A stretch of 62,461 nucleotides of DNA, filler included, from Rhabdomonas costata (taxonomy: Eukaryota), in assembly GCA_019059605.1 (NCBI GenBank). It is 29 parts of 29 records of this genome, joined end to end, with 100 filler letters (N's around TTAATTAATTAA, not from the genome) between each part and the next. Parts side by side here need not be neighbours in the genome. Positions count along the whole stretch, not along the records: positions 1 to 2,059 come from JAHMHO010006005.1; positions 2,160 to 4,218 come from JAHMHO010006006.1; positions 4,319 to 6,377 come from JAHMHO010006007.1; positions 6,478 to 8,536 come from JAHMHO010006008.1; positions 8,637 to 10,695 come from JAHMHO010006009.1; positions 10,796 to 12,853 come from JAHMHO010006010.1; 23 more parts are not named here. One strand, 5' to 3'. Below, one piece after another: positions 1 to 11,637 of the stretch (position 1 is its first letter; each line of letters opens with the position of its first letter). Below the pieces are notes generated by a model. The model had not been told where the DNA came from, did no database searches, and saw only the letters and a list, made by a program, of their open reading frames with translations. The translations under genes were made by a program, and so were the position numbers.

Positions 1-147
1 GGGGGGGGGGTGGAACGAGGTGTGCCAGTATCCATTAGATGATTTTTAACATTTCTCGTTTTTTTTAAGTACAGCATGCATTCAAAGTACAAAATATGCT
101 CTTTCGCTCTGATCACTTGATTGCTTGGCTGCTTTGTTTTATGTTAG

Positions 148-830
148 GCTGCCAACGGGGATGTTGTCGCCCGAGGATATCGAAGAATTGTTTACGGGGA
201 CCACGGGCCCTATGTGGAGCTTGATCGTAGCTCTGTAGTCTTCTCCTCATTGCGTCTGAATGAGGCCAAGCGCCACCCCAACCGCTACTATGACGAGTGG
301 TTCTCCACGGACGGTATCTCGTTGCTTTTTTTAATTCGGCGGAACTCGGTGCATTTGTTCAATATTCCTCCATAGACATAAAGACCAGCAATCCAGACTT
401 ATTGACGAGTTAAGCAGCGACTGGGAGACTCTAGATGCCCTTTTTCTTCTTCTTCTTCTTGCATGCATGCATGCATGCTTGCTTGCTTGCTTGCTTGCGA
501 CCATGCTTGCGACCATTTGCCATGTTCATGTTCCCCGGGTTGCATTTTATTCTCTTGCATTTGATTTGATCTGTGGGATTTCAGTAACGTGAAGCAGTGC
601 AATTTCTCCTTTTTTGCATTTTCACAAACGCCTGGTACTCTTTCTGTTTGTCCGTGCGTGGGACCGCAGGTAAGCTTTTTCTGTACGACCAGCTTCGAAG
701 CGTGTCCGACCAGCCCAACCCTCCCCCTGGACCGTACTCCGTGAACAACAACCGTCGCGAGGGGTATGCTGACTACCGCGTGGGGCAGCTCTATCTGGGT
801 CTCTCGGATGAAATCCAGGTGGGCACTTAG
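148..830 (+). CDS. 3' part of a conserved-looking protein of unknown function (exons 148-313 and 670-830)
   Basis: A GT-AG intron at 314-669 joins in phase to give AANGDVVARGYRRIVYGDHGPYVELD...YYDEWFSTDG|KLFLYDQLRSVSDQPNPPPGPYSVNNNRREGYADYRVGQLYLG...*. The first exon is missing from the ORF track. Confidence 0.75.
460..500. repeat. Compound microsatellite (GCAT)n/(GCTT)n in an intron
   Basis: tgcatgcatgcatgcatgcttgcttgcttgcttgcttgc is directly visible. Confidence 0.9.
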
Positions 831-1599
831 CCCTCGTGCCCGGAAGGGATATCCCTTGTGCGCGGATCCACCTCCCCAGCAGAGGCTTCAGGTTCCGATA
901 ACCGACCACTCCGCAGGTCATGCCACCATCGGCAATGTTAGCAGGAGAGGCCACGGGATCTCAGCCTATGTAAGGCTACGGATCCGGACCTGGTGCACTT
1001 CCTGAGGATGGATGGCTACACTTATTGTAAGTTTCTTGGGGACTTCAGCATGCCCGAGCATCGAGCATTGTGGGGTTTCACCGCAAGGTGGCTCGTATTG
1101 ATTGATTGCCCTCCGTTTTAAAGAGGGGTTTTGCGCGAACGCCGTTTTGCTTTCAATCGGCCTACTTGGTTCCCCTGGCGCACGCGCTGAGATGGAAACT
1201 GAAAGCCACGACGTTAAAGCAATTGTACTGAAAGAGCTTGGAAAACATCAAGCATGTTGCGTCGTTCTTTCCGGCCCTGCCTTTTGCCGATTTTTGTCAA
1301 TCGCCAGTTGTTCCATCCTGCGCTGGTGTTGTGTCAATGGGTGTTGTGCCAGTGCCGGGGCGCGCTAAGATTGCACCTGTGCTTTTCCCGATCAACATCA
1401 ATCCGAAATTGCAACAATGCCTTTGAGCTAAATTTTGGTCGTTTCTTGATACTGTTGGTGGTTGTTTTTTAGGTGCTTCCCAGCTATCATCCAGACCATG
1501 GCAAAACCGAAGCTGAACTCGCGATTCTGTGTCCATGCTCCGGCACCCAAACCACTTCTGTCGGTCGAGCTTCTCTCCAGAAATCCTGTTTTTGCAAAA

Positions 1600-2059
1600 A
1601 AAAAAATTCACCGTCCCAAAAAACAAGCGGGTGCCCAATCGACAGCACAGCCAAGGATAAAGGAGCAGCTTTGGCACTCGAAATCCCGCGCCGGTCCCAC
1701 CGGGGAATCCTTTTCCCCAAGCGGCATTCCAAACCAATGTTTTGGTCCCTTTCTTCGTGCTCCCCGGCGGCCCCCGGGAATGAAGAACGGCTTTTTCATC
1801 CTATTGGCTCCGCTTTTTTTTTCCGATTCCTTGCGGTGGACCGAGCAGCGGTCATTTTCCCTCAATCAAATGGCCCCCGTATTCCGTTAGGAGCAACCAT
1901 CACGGTGGCCTTTTCCCAAGCCGGTTTGAGACACCCCCTGCGCCGGCGGCTCCGGAGATCCGGGTGCTTTTGATCTTGGGGCTTTTAGAATTTCTTCCGT
2001 GCTGCTGATTCTTATTAGGTAGTGCGCCGCGGTACCTGGTCCCGCGGCGCACCACCAAC
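1600..2059 (-). mobile_element. Degenerate dispersed element, probable tyrosine-recombinase relic (copy 1)
   Basis: Shares collinear blocks with 13900-14470 in opposite orientation (cagcacagccaa, ccggtcccacc, gggaatgaaga, ggaccgagcagcggtc, ccaagccggtt). The minus-strand translation gives NRLG..WLL, DRCSV, PFFIP and SFILGCA. Confidence 0.5.
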
Positions 2060-2159
2060 NNNNNNNNNNNNNNNNNNNNNNNNNNNNNNNNNNNNNNNNN
2101 NNNTTAATTAATTAANNNNNNNNNNNNNNNNNNNNNNNNNNNNNNNNNNNNNNNNNNNN
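2060..2159. other. Artificial contig linker (N-run, TTAATTAATTAA, N-run); 28 such linkers occur about every 2.16 kb up to 60306-60405
   Basis: An identical 100-nt spacer carrying stops in all six frames separates contigs of near-identical length. Confidence 0.98.
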
Positions 2160-2739
2160 GCAACCAACCTTTTCCTTCTTCTCCTCTTTGCGTTTTTGTT
2201 GTGCCAAGATGCCGTTCACCGCCGCCGCCCTTTCGGGGGGTGTTCACACCAATGTCAGAACAGGTGGGCACCCTGGAACTTGACGCCATGAGCGACACAG
2301 GATGGCGTCATGGAAGGTTGCCGTTTGGTGGTGGTGGTGGTGGAGGTGGTGGTGGTGTGTTCGTCAAGCTCCGGATCTTGGGGGCCTCAAGGCGCTCCGA
2401 AAACGGCTGGTGGAGGGGGCTGCCGGGGGGCAGCCCGAAGCTGTGGTTGTTGCTGCTGCTGCGCCTGCTCTGCCCGGGGCGCCTGCCGAAGCAGATTCAA
2501 AGATCACCCAGGCAAAAACTACAGGATCGCGCCAGTGGAGCCGGAAGGAGCATTGTTTTGCCCGCCGGCAGGGGGAAGCACACCGCATCTCGGCGATGCT
2601 TGCGGGAACAGGTTGCGGTCTTCTTCTGCTGCTGCCGCTGCCGCTGCGGCTTCTGGGGGTTCTTCGGCTTTGGGGCTTCTTGGGCTTCGTGGTCCGGCTC
2701 TTCCTTCCGGGGCCGTCGTCGTTATCAGGGCTTTAGCCC

Positions 2740-3240
2740 GGGCTCCTCCTTGGCGACCGCGCCATCCGAAAACCCGCTATGTCCCCATTTGTGCCCGCCT
2801 GTTCGCTCGTTGCTTCGGGCCCCTACCTGGTTAGATTTAGCTTTTTTCGTGCTTTGGGAATGAAGCGTCTGGTTTCCGGCATTGGATGGGGATTGTGCCC
2901 CGTCCCCGCGTTTTTTTTCCGAACGAAACGGGTTCGGCACGTTTCAGAGCCACGGGCGCTAAATTTGATACGTTTCCTGTTTGATTTCGGCGAGCAATCG
3001 TGGGTCCTGCATTCATCAACGGCAATATCGCAAAATCATTGGTAAAGAGTTTCTGTTGGCGTTCAAAAAAATCAAAAAAAAAAGCTTGCCGACAGGATGG
3101 CTAACACCAATGAGCGGCGCTGTGTTTCCCCGTGGCCTCTGCCGAGCCCTGTCGATCAAAGACGCCCAGGACTGACAAAGGGGGGCCAATGCTATGGACA
3201 AAAACCTGCCGTAAAACCTAAGCCTCCGCCAGAGGACGCC
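2740..3240 (-). mobile_element. Possible third, more diverged tyrosine-recombinase relic
   Basis: Minus-strand fragments occur in YR order (GNTAPLIG, RRNQTG, RFIP, WGHSGFSDGAVA). Shares gggaatgaag with the other two copies. Frameshifted. Confidence 0.3.
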
Positions 3241-4002
3241 CGTCACTAAATGCTGCGTTCGTTTGACATTTTGTGACACAAACGCCACCCCTGCGCATTG
3301 TAGGTCGGGCTGCAAAAACCCAGGGCCAAGTGTGCAAAATAGGGGGGTTAATAGCAACACGGTCCGCACACGGAGGAGCCGAAATACGAATTCAAAAGGA
3401 CGACTGGATGTTGGAATTCTGGAGGACTGGAATAGGATTCTCTTAAACAATGGAAGCACCCACAGCTACAGTAGTTCATCAGAACGGCCCAAAGCAAGCA
3501 AGCGGGCAACCAAACAAGCAAAACAACGGAGCCTCGATACCAACTTCAAAAGCCTAGGATTAATGGGTACTGGAAATCCACCATTGAGTAATACTAATGC
3601 AACAATGGGGGGCAATGTGCACTGGGAACTGGAAACCTAAAGTAGAAATCCTGGACGACAACTAACGAATTCATTGCGCGCCTTGGCAAGGCGCGGCTTC
3701 GTCACATCCCGGTCAACGTCTCCAAAATGCTGTGCGTTGGATGCAAAGCACGCTTCACCCCCTATGGACACCTGGAAAGCTGATCCAAGAAACAGTGCCA
3801 TCGCCTTGGCGGACTGCATGGATCCAAACGTAACACTGCACGAAGCAGTACACACAACCAGGGAAGCGCATTCAAGAGGATCAACAGACAAAACAACCTA
3901 ACGAAACAATTGCACTGCAAGCCGCTCCTTCCTGTAACAGCGGAAGCCGCTGCCCGCAAGACGGAGGGTGCAGCTAAAAAACGCTGTCAATACACCCATC
4001 CC

Positions 4003-4218
4003 TCACCGGGATGAGCTCAAGCGCCGCTTCTCAGGACAGAAGCGAGTGAGGCAGTCCAAGTCCTTCAGGTCAATAGGCAGGGCGACGTCCCCATCCTTGT
4101 GACTCGGGGCCTTCTTGGGTGGCGGTCCCCACCGTTTGTACACTGACGCCCAGTCACAAGGGAACTCGGGCTTGTCCAGCAGAGCGTTTACCTTATTGTG
4201 AAGCTGGCACACCCACAC
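4003..4218 (-). CDS. ERV1: Erv1/ALR-family FAD sulfhydryl oxidase, C-terminal part
   Basis: WVCQLHNKVNALLDKPEFPC matches the Erv/ALR W-x-C-x2-HN-x-VN-x2-L-x-K-P-x-F-x-C motif and is followed by a tail with CLTRFC and a stop. Confidence 0.9.
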   Translation of the reverse strand: MWVCQLHNKVNALLDKPEFPCDWASVYKRWGPPPKKAPSHKDGDVALPIDLKDLDCLTRFCPEKRRLSSSR

Positions 4219-4318
4219 NNNNNNNNNNNNNNNNNNNNNNNNNNNNNNNNNNNNNNNNNNNNTTAATTAATTAANNNNNNNNNNNNNNNNNNNNNNNNNN
4301 NNNNNNNNNNNNNNNNNN

Positions 4319-4665
4319 GGGGGTATCGTGGCAAGGGCGGTGAAGCCCCTAGCGGTGAAGGCGCGGAGGGCGAGGGGGAGAGCAGTGCCTCGGAGGATGA
4401 CCGAGAGGGTGGGGACAAGAAAGGTAGCGGGGGCGAGCAGGCTGCAGAGTCCGCAGAGATCCTCCGGCAGGGTCGCGCGCTGGCCAGGCTTAGATACAAC
4501 GACCTCAGGCACATCCTGGGACGGCTGGAGCAGATGGACCAGCGCAGCGGTGAGGCTTCGGGCCCAAGAGAGGGGTCCTCCTCCTCGTCATCCTCATCTT
4601 CACCCTCATCATCTTCCTTTTCCTCTTCTCCGTCATCTTCACCTTCACCTTCCACATTGCCCTGA
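4319..4665 (+). CDS. Terminal exon of an unknown Gly/Glu/Ser-rich protein
   Basis: Open frame from the contig start to TGA at 4663-4665, GC3-rich, including a helical segment AEILRQGRALARLRYNDLRHILGRLEQMD. Confidence 0.5.
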
Positions 4666-5610
4666 CTTTCATCTTGATTGCCTTTCGGAGCTTCTAGCAG
4701 GGTTCTGTCCCGCTTCAACGTTGGGTTCTTCGGTGACATCAGAGCTTTCATGCCTTCTTTTCCGGTGATTGGAATTGAACTGCCAGCAAAGCAGCGGATT
4801 GAGTCAGAATCGTCTCATGTCAGCTCAGGTGAGGCACCGCTTGTCCACCTAGTGCCCAAAATATTAGTGAATTGATACTCGGTTTAATTATGGAAACCAC
4901 TTAACTTTTCCCAACAAGTCTTCCTTCCAACCCCTCTGGAATCAGGTGCTTTGACGACTCATAGTTCAGCATAACTTCATGAACTTCAAAGATGGCATTG
5001 CCATTTAGAAAGCGCCCCGCTTTCCCCACAGCCATTTTCCTTTTTTCTTTCCACGGGATACCCTACCCTCCTATGCGGTGAGGATTGCCCCGTTGGTGGT
5101 TCAATGCACGTGGAGGACTCGGGCAATTCCTCGCAGGAACCGGTACTTTGTGACAATTGTTGCCTTGCGTCTTCCGGTGTCACCAGCGTCACTACCGTTT
5201 TTTCTTGTCCTTCTTGGTACATACTACTAATTCTTTGTACTGTGATTATTATGCGCTTTTCCTTCAAAAAGGTAGGAGTGTGGGCATCCACCATGCCTCT
5301 CTGCTTAAGAGTGTTTATTTACTTGGAGAGAATATCTACGTCACATGCCTCAGCAGGCATTTGTAATAAGCACCTGTAACAGCGAAGGATATAAAAGGGA
5401 GTTGGCACGAACTTACCATGGGGAGGTAAGCACATGGATAGAGCCACACCACAGCACTTCGGAACCACAAAGTATTCGCAGGCATACACGCACGCGCACG
5501 CAAGCAATTGAAGCAAGCACAAAACCTCTCACACATGCCAAGCTTATCGTGAAGGCTTTCGCGCACACATTCTCGCCGCCAGTGAAGCATGAAATAACTC
5601 CATTTCAGCG

Positions 5611-6145
5611 ATGTGGTATGGTCGCCAGGCTGCGGGCGGAGGTTTTGGGGATGAGGTCCGGCTTTGCCCTGTCGAGCTTCCGCCCGCTGCCGAGAGTGCT
5701 GGCGCAGGGCAGCCCCCGGTTGACGTTGCCCTCGCCGCCGCCGCAACATGCAGCGTCCACGCACGGTCGGTGGGCACCACGCGCAGTGCCAAGCGCCGGT
5801 GCGTCACGCTCACCCTGCTGGTGGCGATCGCCCTGTTCAACTACATTGACCGCCAGGTCCACCGATTTCGTTGGCAAAAAGAAATGTTGGGAGTACGGCA
5901 CGGTGTGGTTTTTCAATTCTCCAGATATGTCGTTCAGCATGGTCTTCGCTGCGACTCAGTGTTTCAGACGCTTGTACCCCATTTGAGAGAGAGAGAGAGA
6001 GTGTGTGTGTGTCTATCTGTGTTTGTGTGTATGCAGGGCTTTGCCGAATATGACTACTGGGTGGATGTCTTTGCAGGTTCTCGCTGCTGTGGTGCCGCGG
6101 ATTCAGACCGAGTTCGGAACATCGGACGCTGCTACCGGAATGCTG
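5611..6145 (+). CDS. Spinster-like MFS transporter, N-terminal exons (5611-5856 and 6077-6145)
   Basis: TLTLLVAIALFNYIDRQ|VLAAVVPRIQTEFGTSDAATGML is the MFS TM1 NYxDR motif plus loop 1, joined across an in-phase GT-AG intron. Confidence 0.85.
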
Positions 6146-6171
6146 GTACTGATTTGGATTCTTGTTTCATA

Positions 6172-6271
6172 AGCTGTTCCCTTCCCCCCGGGACTTCCAC
6201 TTGTTGCGCCGAATGCAGGCACGCTGTTCCCTTCCCCCCGGGACTTCCACTTGTTGCGCCGAATGCAGGCA
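6172..6271. repeat. Tandem duplication of about 50 bp in an intron
   Basis: gctgttcccttccccccgggacttccacttgttgcgccgaatgcaggcac occurs twice back to back. Confidence 0.9.
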
Positions 6272-6682
6272 CATAACATATTGCAGCTGTCGGTCAGCTG
6301 CAATATATGTAACCAAGGTTCAGCCATTCGAATTGGTAGCCTGAATCCCGAGGCCACGAGAATGGTGGCACTCAAATNNNNNNNNNNNNNNNNNNNNNNN
6401 NNNNNNNNNNNNNNNNNNNNNTTAATTAATTAANNNNNNNNNNNNNNNNNNNNNNNNNNNNNNNNNNNNNNNNNNNNGGGTTTTTTTCGAACAGGCATTG
6501 ATTCAGTTGGCGTATTGTTTTCTATTAATTGCACACTCAGCCGAGCGAATCAGCTGATGCCGACCGTGAGAATCCGAGGTCGAGCATGTTCGCGCGTGCC
6601 ATAGTAAAAATGGCATGTCGCCAAATTCCAATAAGGAGGTGAAAGGACAGGGAAGTGCAGCAAGAGGTTGCGCGTGCTTCCT

Positions 6683-6830
6683 GCTATATATAGCAGGCTA
6701 CACCGTAAACTGAGAGTTTTTAACCACGGCACACCACAGGATGCCGCGAAGGACCACCGGCATAAATAGAGGCTAATAAGACTTCTGTTCGAAATGTCAC
6801 ATACTAAATTCTCAGGGTACTCGGGGTTAC
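6683..6830 (+). repeat. Dispersed repeat family A (also 12010-12115, weaker near 30870-31140)
   Basis: tatatagca.gctaca.cg.aaactgagagttttt...gatgccgcgaagga...aagacttctgttcgaaat.tcac is shared between contigs. atactaaattct also occurs near 31018. Confidence 0.8.
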
Positions 6831-7057
6831 TAGCCTTATATATCATTCCGAATGGTGGCAAGACAGTGAAATAGTATCCAGTATGCACGTTTCCGCTTGA
6901 ATAGGGGGACCATTCTGGAGTCCTACACACAGTTCCACATTCACAGAGCCGCTGTCAGAAGCGCCCACAATCCGCTTCTCAAGGAAACGGAAGACTTCCG
7001 TTTCCTGTTTGCAGGCGATGAGTTGTTTGTGTTTGTCTGTGTGAATGCCTCCCAAAG

Positions 7058-7822
7058 GTACACGGATTGGGTGCTGGCCGCGCACCGCGCCAACGCGGAG
7101 TTCTACGACCGCGAGCTTTCCAGGGTGGGCTGTGTTACCCTGCTGCAGGTGTTTCCTTTGCACAGCGTATGAGTGTATGGGTAAGTTAGGGAGGAAAATT
7201 GGAAACCTCCGTTCGCCGTATTCGTAATGGTCATTTTTGTCCCCCCTGTGTAAACGAACGGCGCCACACTGGAGCCAAAGCCTACTCTTTAGACAACGCC
7301 AATGCGCATATGTTGTCCATAACTGTCTGTCTTCCAGCAATGCGTTTCCTTCGGCGGAATGTTTTGGTGACTTGCCAATTCGAGACGCCGAACAGCAGCG
7401 AATTCCCCCCCTCCCAACCGCTCTGTAGCTGTGCGTTTTTGGCCCTTCTGATCTCTAGATCTCTTTGACAACACGCTCGGGTTTAGGTGCCCGCTTCTGC
7501 GCGGTCGGCGTGCTGGCTGTACACGCTTCGGGTTGCCCAGAAGCCTGCCTTTCTGCCGTTCATGGCTGCTCGTGGGGTGACCGTCTCCCAAGTCCACCGC
7601 CGCAATGATACTCACAGCTGTGTCGCGGAGTTCGCCTCGGCCCTGCCCGCGCTGGACGATTTGGAGAAGAGCCTGGTGTGCCTTCCCGTGGGATGGTGGG
7701 TCACCCCAGCGATGCGGGCTTGGGTGGTGCAGTGCGTGCGGGAGTTCGACTCTGCCTTGCAAAAGCAGAACCCCTTGGCTGCGACCGGTGAGGATGGAGG
7801 TGGACTGCCCAGCAAGCTCTGA
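7058..7822 (+). CDS. DegT/DnrJ/EryC1/StrS-family PLP-dependent sugar aminotransferase, C-terminal exons (7058-7148 and 7487-7822)
   Basis: HRANAEFYDRELSRVGCVTLLQ|VPASARSACWLYTLRV..F..FMAARGVTVSQVHRRNDTHSC...LPALDDLEKSLVCLPVGWWV is the typical DegT small domain. The GT-AG intron is in phase. Confidence 0.8.
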
Positions 7823-8711
7823 GTTGCAGAGGTTTGGGGCGAGGAAGGTCCACGTTTACTATCTTTACTATCGGCCAACATCGGATCTGACCTGAAATGA
7901 CCCAGCGGCCAGGTGTGCAAGCTGCGGCGCTTGTGCAGATCAGCTGTAAGCATTCAGGGCAGCCCGGGTTGTGCCCAGTGACATGATGTCGCCTCGAACG
8001 GAGCAGCATCTGGTAGCCTGTGTCAATTGCCATCGCGACCCTTCATCCGATCACCCCAAAAGTTCACAGTGCTGTACTCTGAGTGGCTGTTCGCATTCGG
8101 TGATGCCACTAACCTTTTTCATGTTTTCCCCGCGTGATTACTCTTCGTTCTGTTGGATCCTGAGCACCTGATCCTGCTATGCTGGCAGTTCTTTGAGATT
8201 GATAAACAAGAAAACGGCTGTTTTCAATTCAGGTGAACTTTCCTTTTACTTTTTCTCCAATCTCGGCGAAGTTTACAGGAACTGTGTGGTTTAGCCATCG
8301 TCGAACTCGGCAACTTGTCAATGGTCATGAACTTTTGATCAGGCTTCCGTGACCGAAATATTTGTGTTATACTTATCTTTATGGTCCGACCTACACTGGT
8401 GCTGATATTATAGCAATGTAGCTGCTCCAGTGCTGATATTGTAGGAGTGTTTGGTTCGCAGGGAAAGCGATATTGTAACTTCCGGTCGTATCGCAGTGGT
8501 AGCGAATGTGTGAAAAACGAAGAACCATGACCACAANNNNNNNNNNNNNNNNNNNNNNNNNNNNNNNNNNNNNNNNNNNNTTAATTAATTAANNNNNNNN
8601 NNNNNNNNNNNNNNNNNNNNNNNNNNNNNNNNNNNNGTGGTGGGTGTGTTTGGGTGGTTGGGAGGCTGCTCAAATAAAGAAAAGCAAATAGAAAGTATTG
8701 TGTCTGTGTGT

Positions 8712-8775
8712 TTGTGTGTTGGGCGCATTGCGCGCTGGCTGTTGTTTGGTTGACTGGTTGCTTGGTTGTTGGTGA
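8712..8775 (+). repeat. Dispersed short repeat family C, core TGTTGGGCGCATTGCGCGCTGG (also 16946-17010, 25274-25295 and a partial inverted copy at 55969-55985)
   Basis: The 22-nt core is identical in three contigs, two copies match over about 65 nt, and all copies sit next to (GT/CA)n tracts. Confidence 0.9.
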
Positions 8776-9737
8776 TTGTGTGTGTGTGTGTGACTAAGGC
8801 CTTCGGAGTCGATTCTGGCAGTGTTGAGGAAGGTTCGAGTTTGAAAAACTGGCACCTCACATGCGGAGTTGCTTTGTGTCACAATCGTATTGCCCGGGCT
8901 GAAATCGGGGCCTAGATGGGGGCAACCGGGTGTCAGGTCTATACGTCGGCTGGACCATACAAAGCCGGGTAACCCCTATCCCAGGAATCCTCAAGCCCCC
9001 ATGGCCCAGCTGAAGGTACAAGTGAAGGTAGGCAGTACAACTGGCGGGGGTGCCGAGCAAGCTAGCCTAGATAGGGACCCCACACTTACATCTTGACCAC
9101 ATTTCCTTTTGTTTTTGGTTCTGCCGCCTTCTTTGCTGGCCAGGATTTCTTGACAGAAAAACAGGAGACCCTCCGGGCAAAAAAATCTAATGGTGACAAT
9201 CGTGGAATCAAGCAAAAGAAGCGAGAGACATGGGTTGTGAATCAACCGACAGAAGAGAACTAAAATACCAGCTTCGGTGGTGACTGGACTTGGGACTCGG
9301 AACCTGATACAAAAACAAACAGCTAGTCCAGTGGCAGTGGTAGGAACATTTAGAGACAGGTTTCCTTTTTCTTAGACGGATTCACACCACCCAATAAAAG
9401 CAGAAAACAGCAAAGCTTCAAGAGCTCAAGAGTTTGCAGAGCGCGTAAGTAGTGCGCTGTGGCAAAATCCAAAAGAGCGCCTCTCTTGCTTCCTTTTCCC
9501 CAGACAGGGATGGTGAAAGAGCTGGTCTTAACCTGAGATGTTTTTGTTGTTGCCGTTTCGCATGTTCTTTGTGAATATACCCCGAACTCATTGAGAAGAC
9601 GCGGGCCATTTAAAGGAGAGATTCAACTCTATCCAGTGCTCCCTCAGGTACTTTCCACATTCCTTGGCCTCCTTAAGAGACATTAATGGCACCCGCGCAG
9701 GACGAACCACAAGAGGAAAAGAAAGAAAGAAACACAC

Positions 9738-10248
9738 GCTGCGTGCTCAGGGCGTTCTGCGCAACTTCCAGGCCTTCCAGTAAAAGCGCATTCTGAGGAT
9801 CGTAGGCTAGCCCTGAATGCCACATGTGCGTGTGCACGAGGGAGGGTGTGCGAGATACGGAGGGTAGAAGCCAAAGGCGCCCAACGCAGGTAAACACTTT
9901 GTTGAGTACCACAACATAAAACAGGGGTGGTATAAGTAGAAATGCACCACACGCTGGAAGGGCCCTGCCTTGCTGAGCAAAGGAAGCGAATCCCCACCGC
10001 TGCCTACTCGTTCAGAAGGATTTAAGTAAAACCACTCAGAAACTCGAAAGATGGCTCGAAATATAAAAGGAGGCATCAAATCCCACTCACTGGAAGTTCC
10101 CTATTATTCTGTACTTGCGCCGCAAACGCTCCAGCCGATTTCCGATTCGATCACACATGGAGCGCAAAGCCGTACCTTCACGATAGGCCTGAATGGCCTT
10201 GTCCAGCTCCTTGCATCCCACCAGCGCAGCCCCCTTTCGAGAGTATCC
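9738..10248 (-). CDS. TPR-domain protein (STI1/SGT-like TPR), exons 10176-10248 and ~9738-9812
   Basis: GYSRKGAALVGCKELDKAIQAYREG|LAYDPQNALLLEGLEVAQNAL is a TPR repeat plus capping helix, joined across an in-phase intron. Confidence 0.8.
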
Positions 10249-11433
10249 CTGCAAGGTCCATAGCATCCTTCCACCGCATGTGATTCCAATCTGACTTATC
10301 TCGGGTAACAAGGTTCACCGCAACAGGGGGGCATCAGTAATGGCGGATTCTTAATCCAAAACCAATGCAGGAGAAGTAACCCTAACTGGTGCAACCTGTT
10401 TTTTTCACCAAGGTCACGGGGTTAATGCAAATTCGGGTGGTTTTCACGTCACATCAAAGGTCACAGTCGCACTTAGGCGACTACTTTTTTTTGGGGGGAA
10501 TTTGATGTGTGAAGTGAAAATGATGCGGTCCACGGATTCTTTAAACTCATAAACTCAAAGTAGTTCCATTCCCACCCCTTTGCACCTAAACCCACGCATG
10601 CCGCACAGGGCGTTTCTTTGTTTCTTTTCGACCACTCGAAGCCAAAAATTAAGGAAGGAAAATGGAAAGTGCGGTTGAGTTGTGGGGGGTGTGGGNNNNN
10701 NNNNNNNNNNNNNNNNNNNNNNNNNNNNNNNNNNNNNNNTTAATTAATTAANNNNNNNNNNNNNNNNNNNNNNNNNNNNNNNNNNNNNNNNNNNNGGGTT
10801 TGGTGGCAGAAATGCCTTCGCCATCACTCTTGTGCGTGGCCAGCGCGGTAGACCGCGAATATGGGTTCCAGCCGATTTCGGGGCCTGACAGCATTTGTAT
10901 CAGCGTTTGCTTTTTACACCCAACTCAGCGTCTATATGTGTATGTAGGTATGCGTGAAAAAGTGAAATGAGGAATAGGGAAAGGGCCAATACAAAATTGA
11001 GGTATCGCGCTAGTCGGGGGTTTCTCAACGTGCTTCGTTGGTTTCAGGGAGGTTTCAGGGAGCATGTGAGTTCGAAGTTATGGGCTGTTTTGCGATGCCC
11101 GGGCTTTGGGTTTGAGGACCTGTTCAATGGACGGACAAGAGAGCACCTATTATGTAATTTTTCGACAGCTGCCCGTATTGCAGTGGTTGTAGAGCTCCGC
11201 TGCACTGCATTTCCGGGATGAGGGGGGGGGCAGCCTTTTCAAATTGTCATGGCAAATTCCCAAGCGGCTGTAATGAACCGTAATAATGGTGACAAAGTCG
11301 TTCCATGTATCCGGTTAACGCCAAAACTTTCACCTCGAAAAACTGTTAGCGTCCCTGTGACACGTACTGTCAGCGTCCCTGCTGCTTCACCGGACCCGTC
11401 ATGAATGCGGTGTCCTGTGTCACGGCTCTTCAG

Positions 11434-11637
11434 GTCTGGTACCAGTTTGCTCTGGAGACTTCAGAGGACGTGTCAGTGGGGCCGATCTTCACCGCAGTGG
11501 TGCCCTGCGGGGGCACGGTGAGGACCGGGCTGGCTCTACCTGTGGTGGCGCCCGTCCGGCGCCCCGGCTCACCCAGGATATTTGCGGTGGCGGCGACGTT
11601 CTATGGCCTCCCCCGGGTTCAGGACTTGCTGGAGTCG
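11434..11637 (+). CDS. Internal exon of an unknown protein
   Basis: A GC-rich, 204-nt open stretch bounded by CAG and GT (VWYQFALETSEDVSVGPIF...VQDLLES). Confidence 0.55.

Noticed and set aside
2201-2863. Long overlapping GC-rich ORFs in the ORF track
   Set aside because: Low-complexity sequence with no recognisable domain, next to a decayed element. Such frames stay open by chance.
8480-8515. tRNA-like A-box (tcgcagtggtagcg)
   Set aside because: No anticodon arm, T-arm or acceptor stem follows before the contig ends.
10325-10365. tRNA-Lys-like anticodon loop (ggattcttaatcc)
   Set aside because: An isolated small hairpin without D or T arms.
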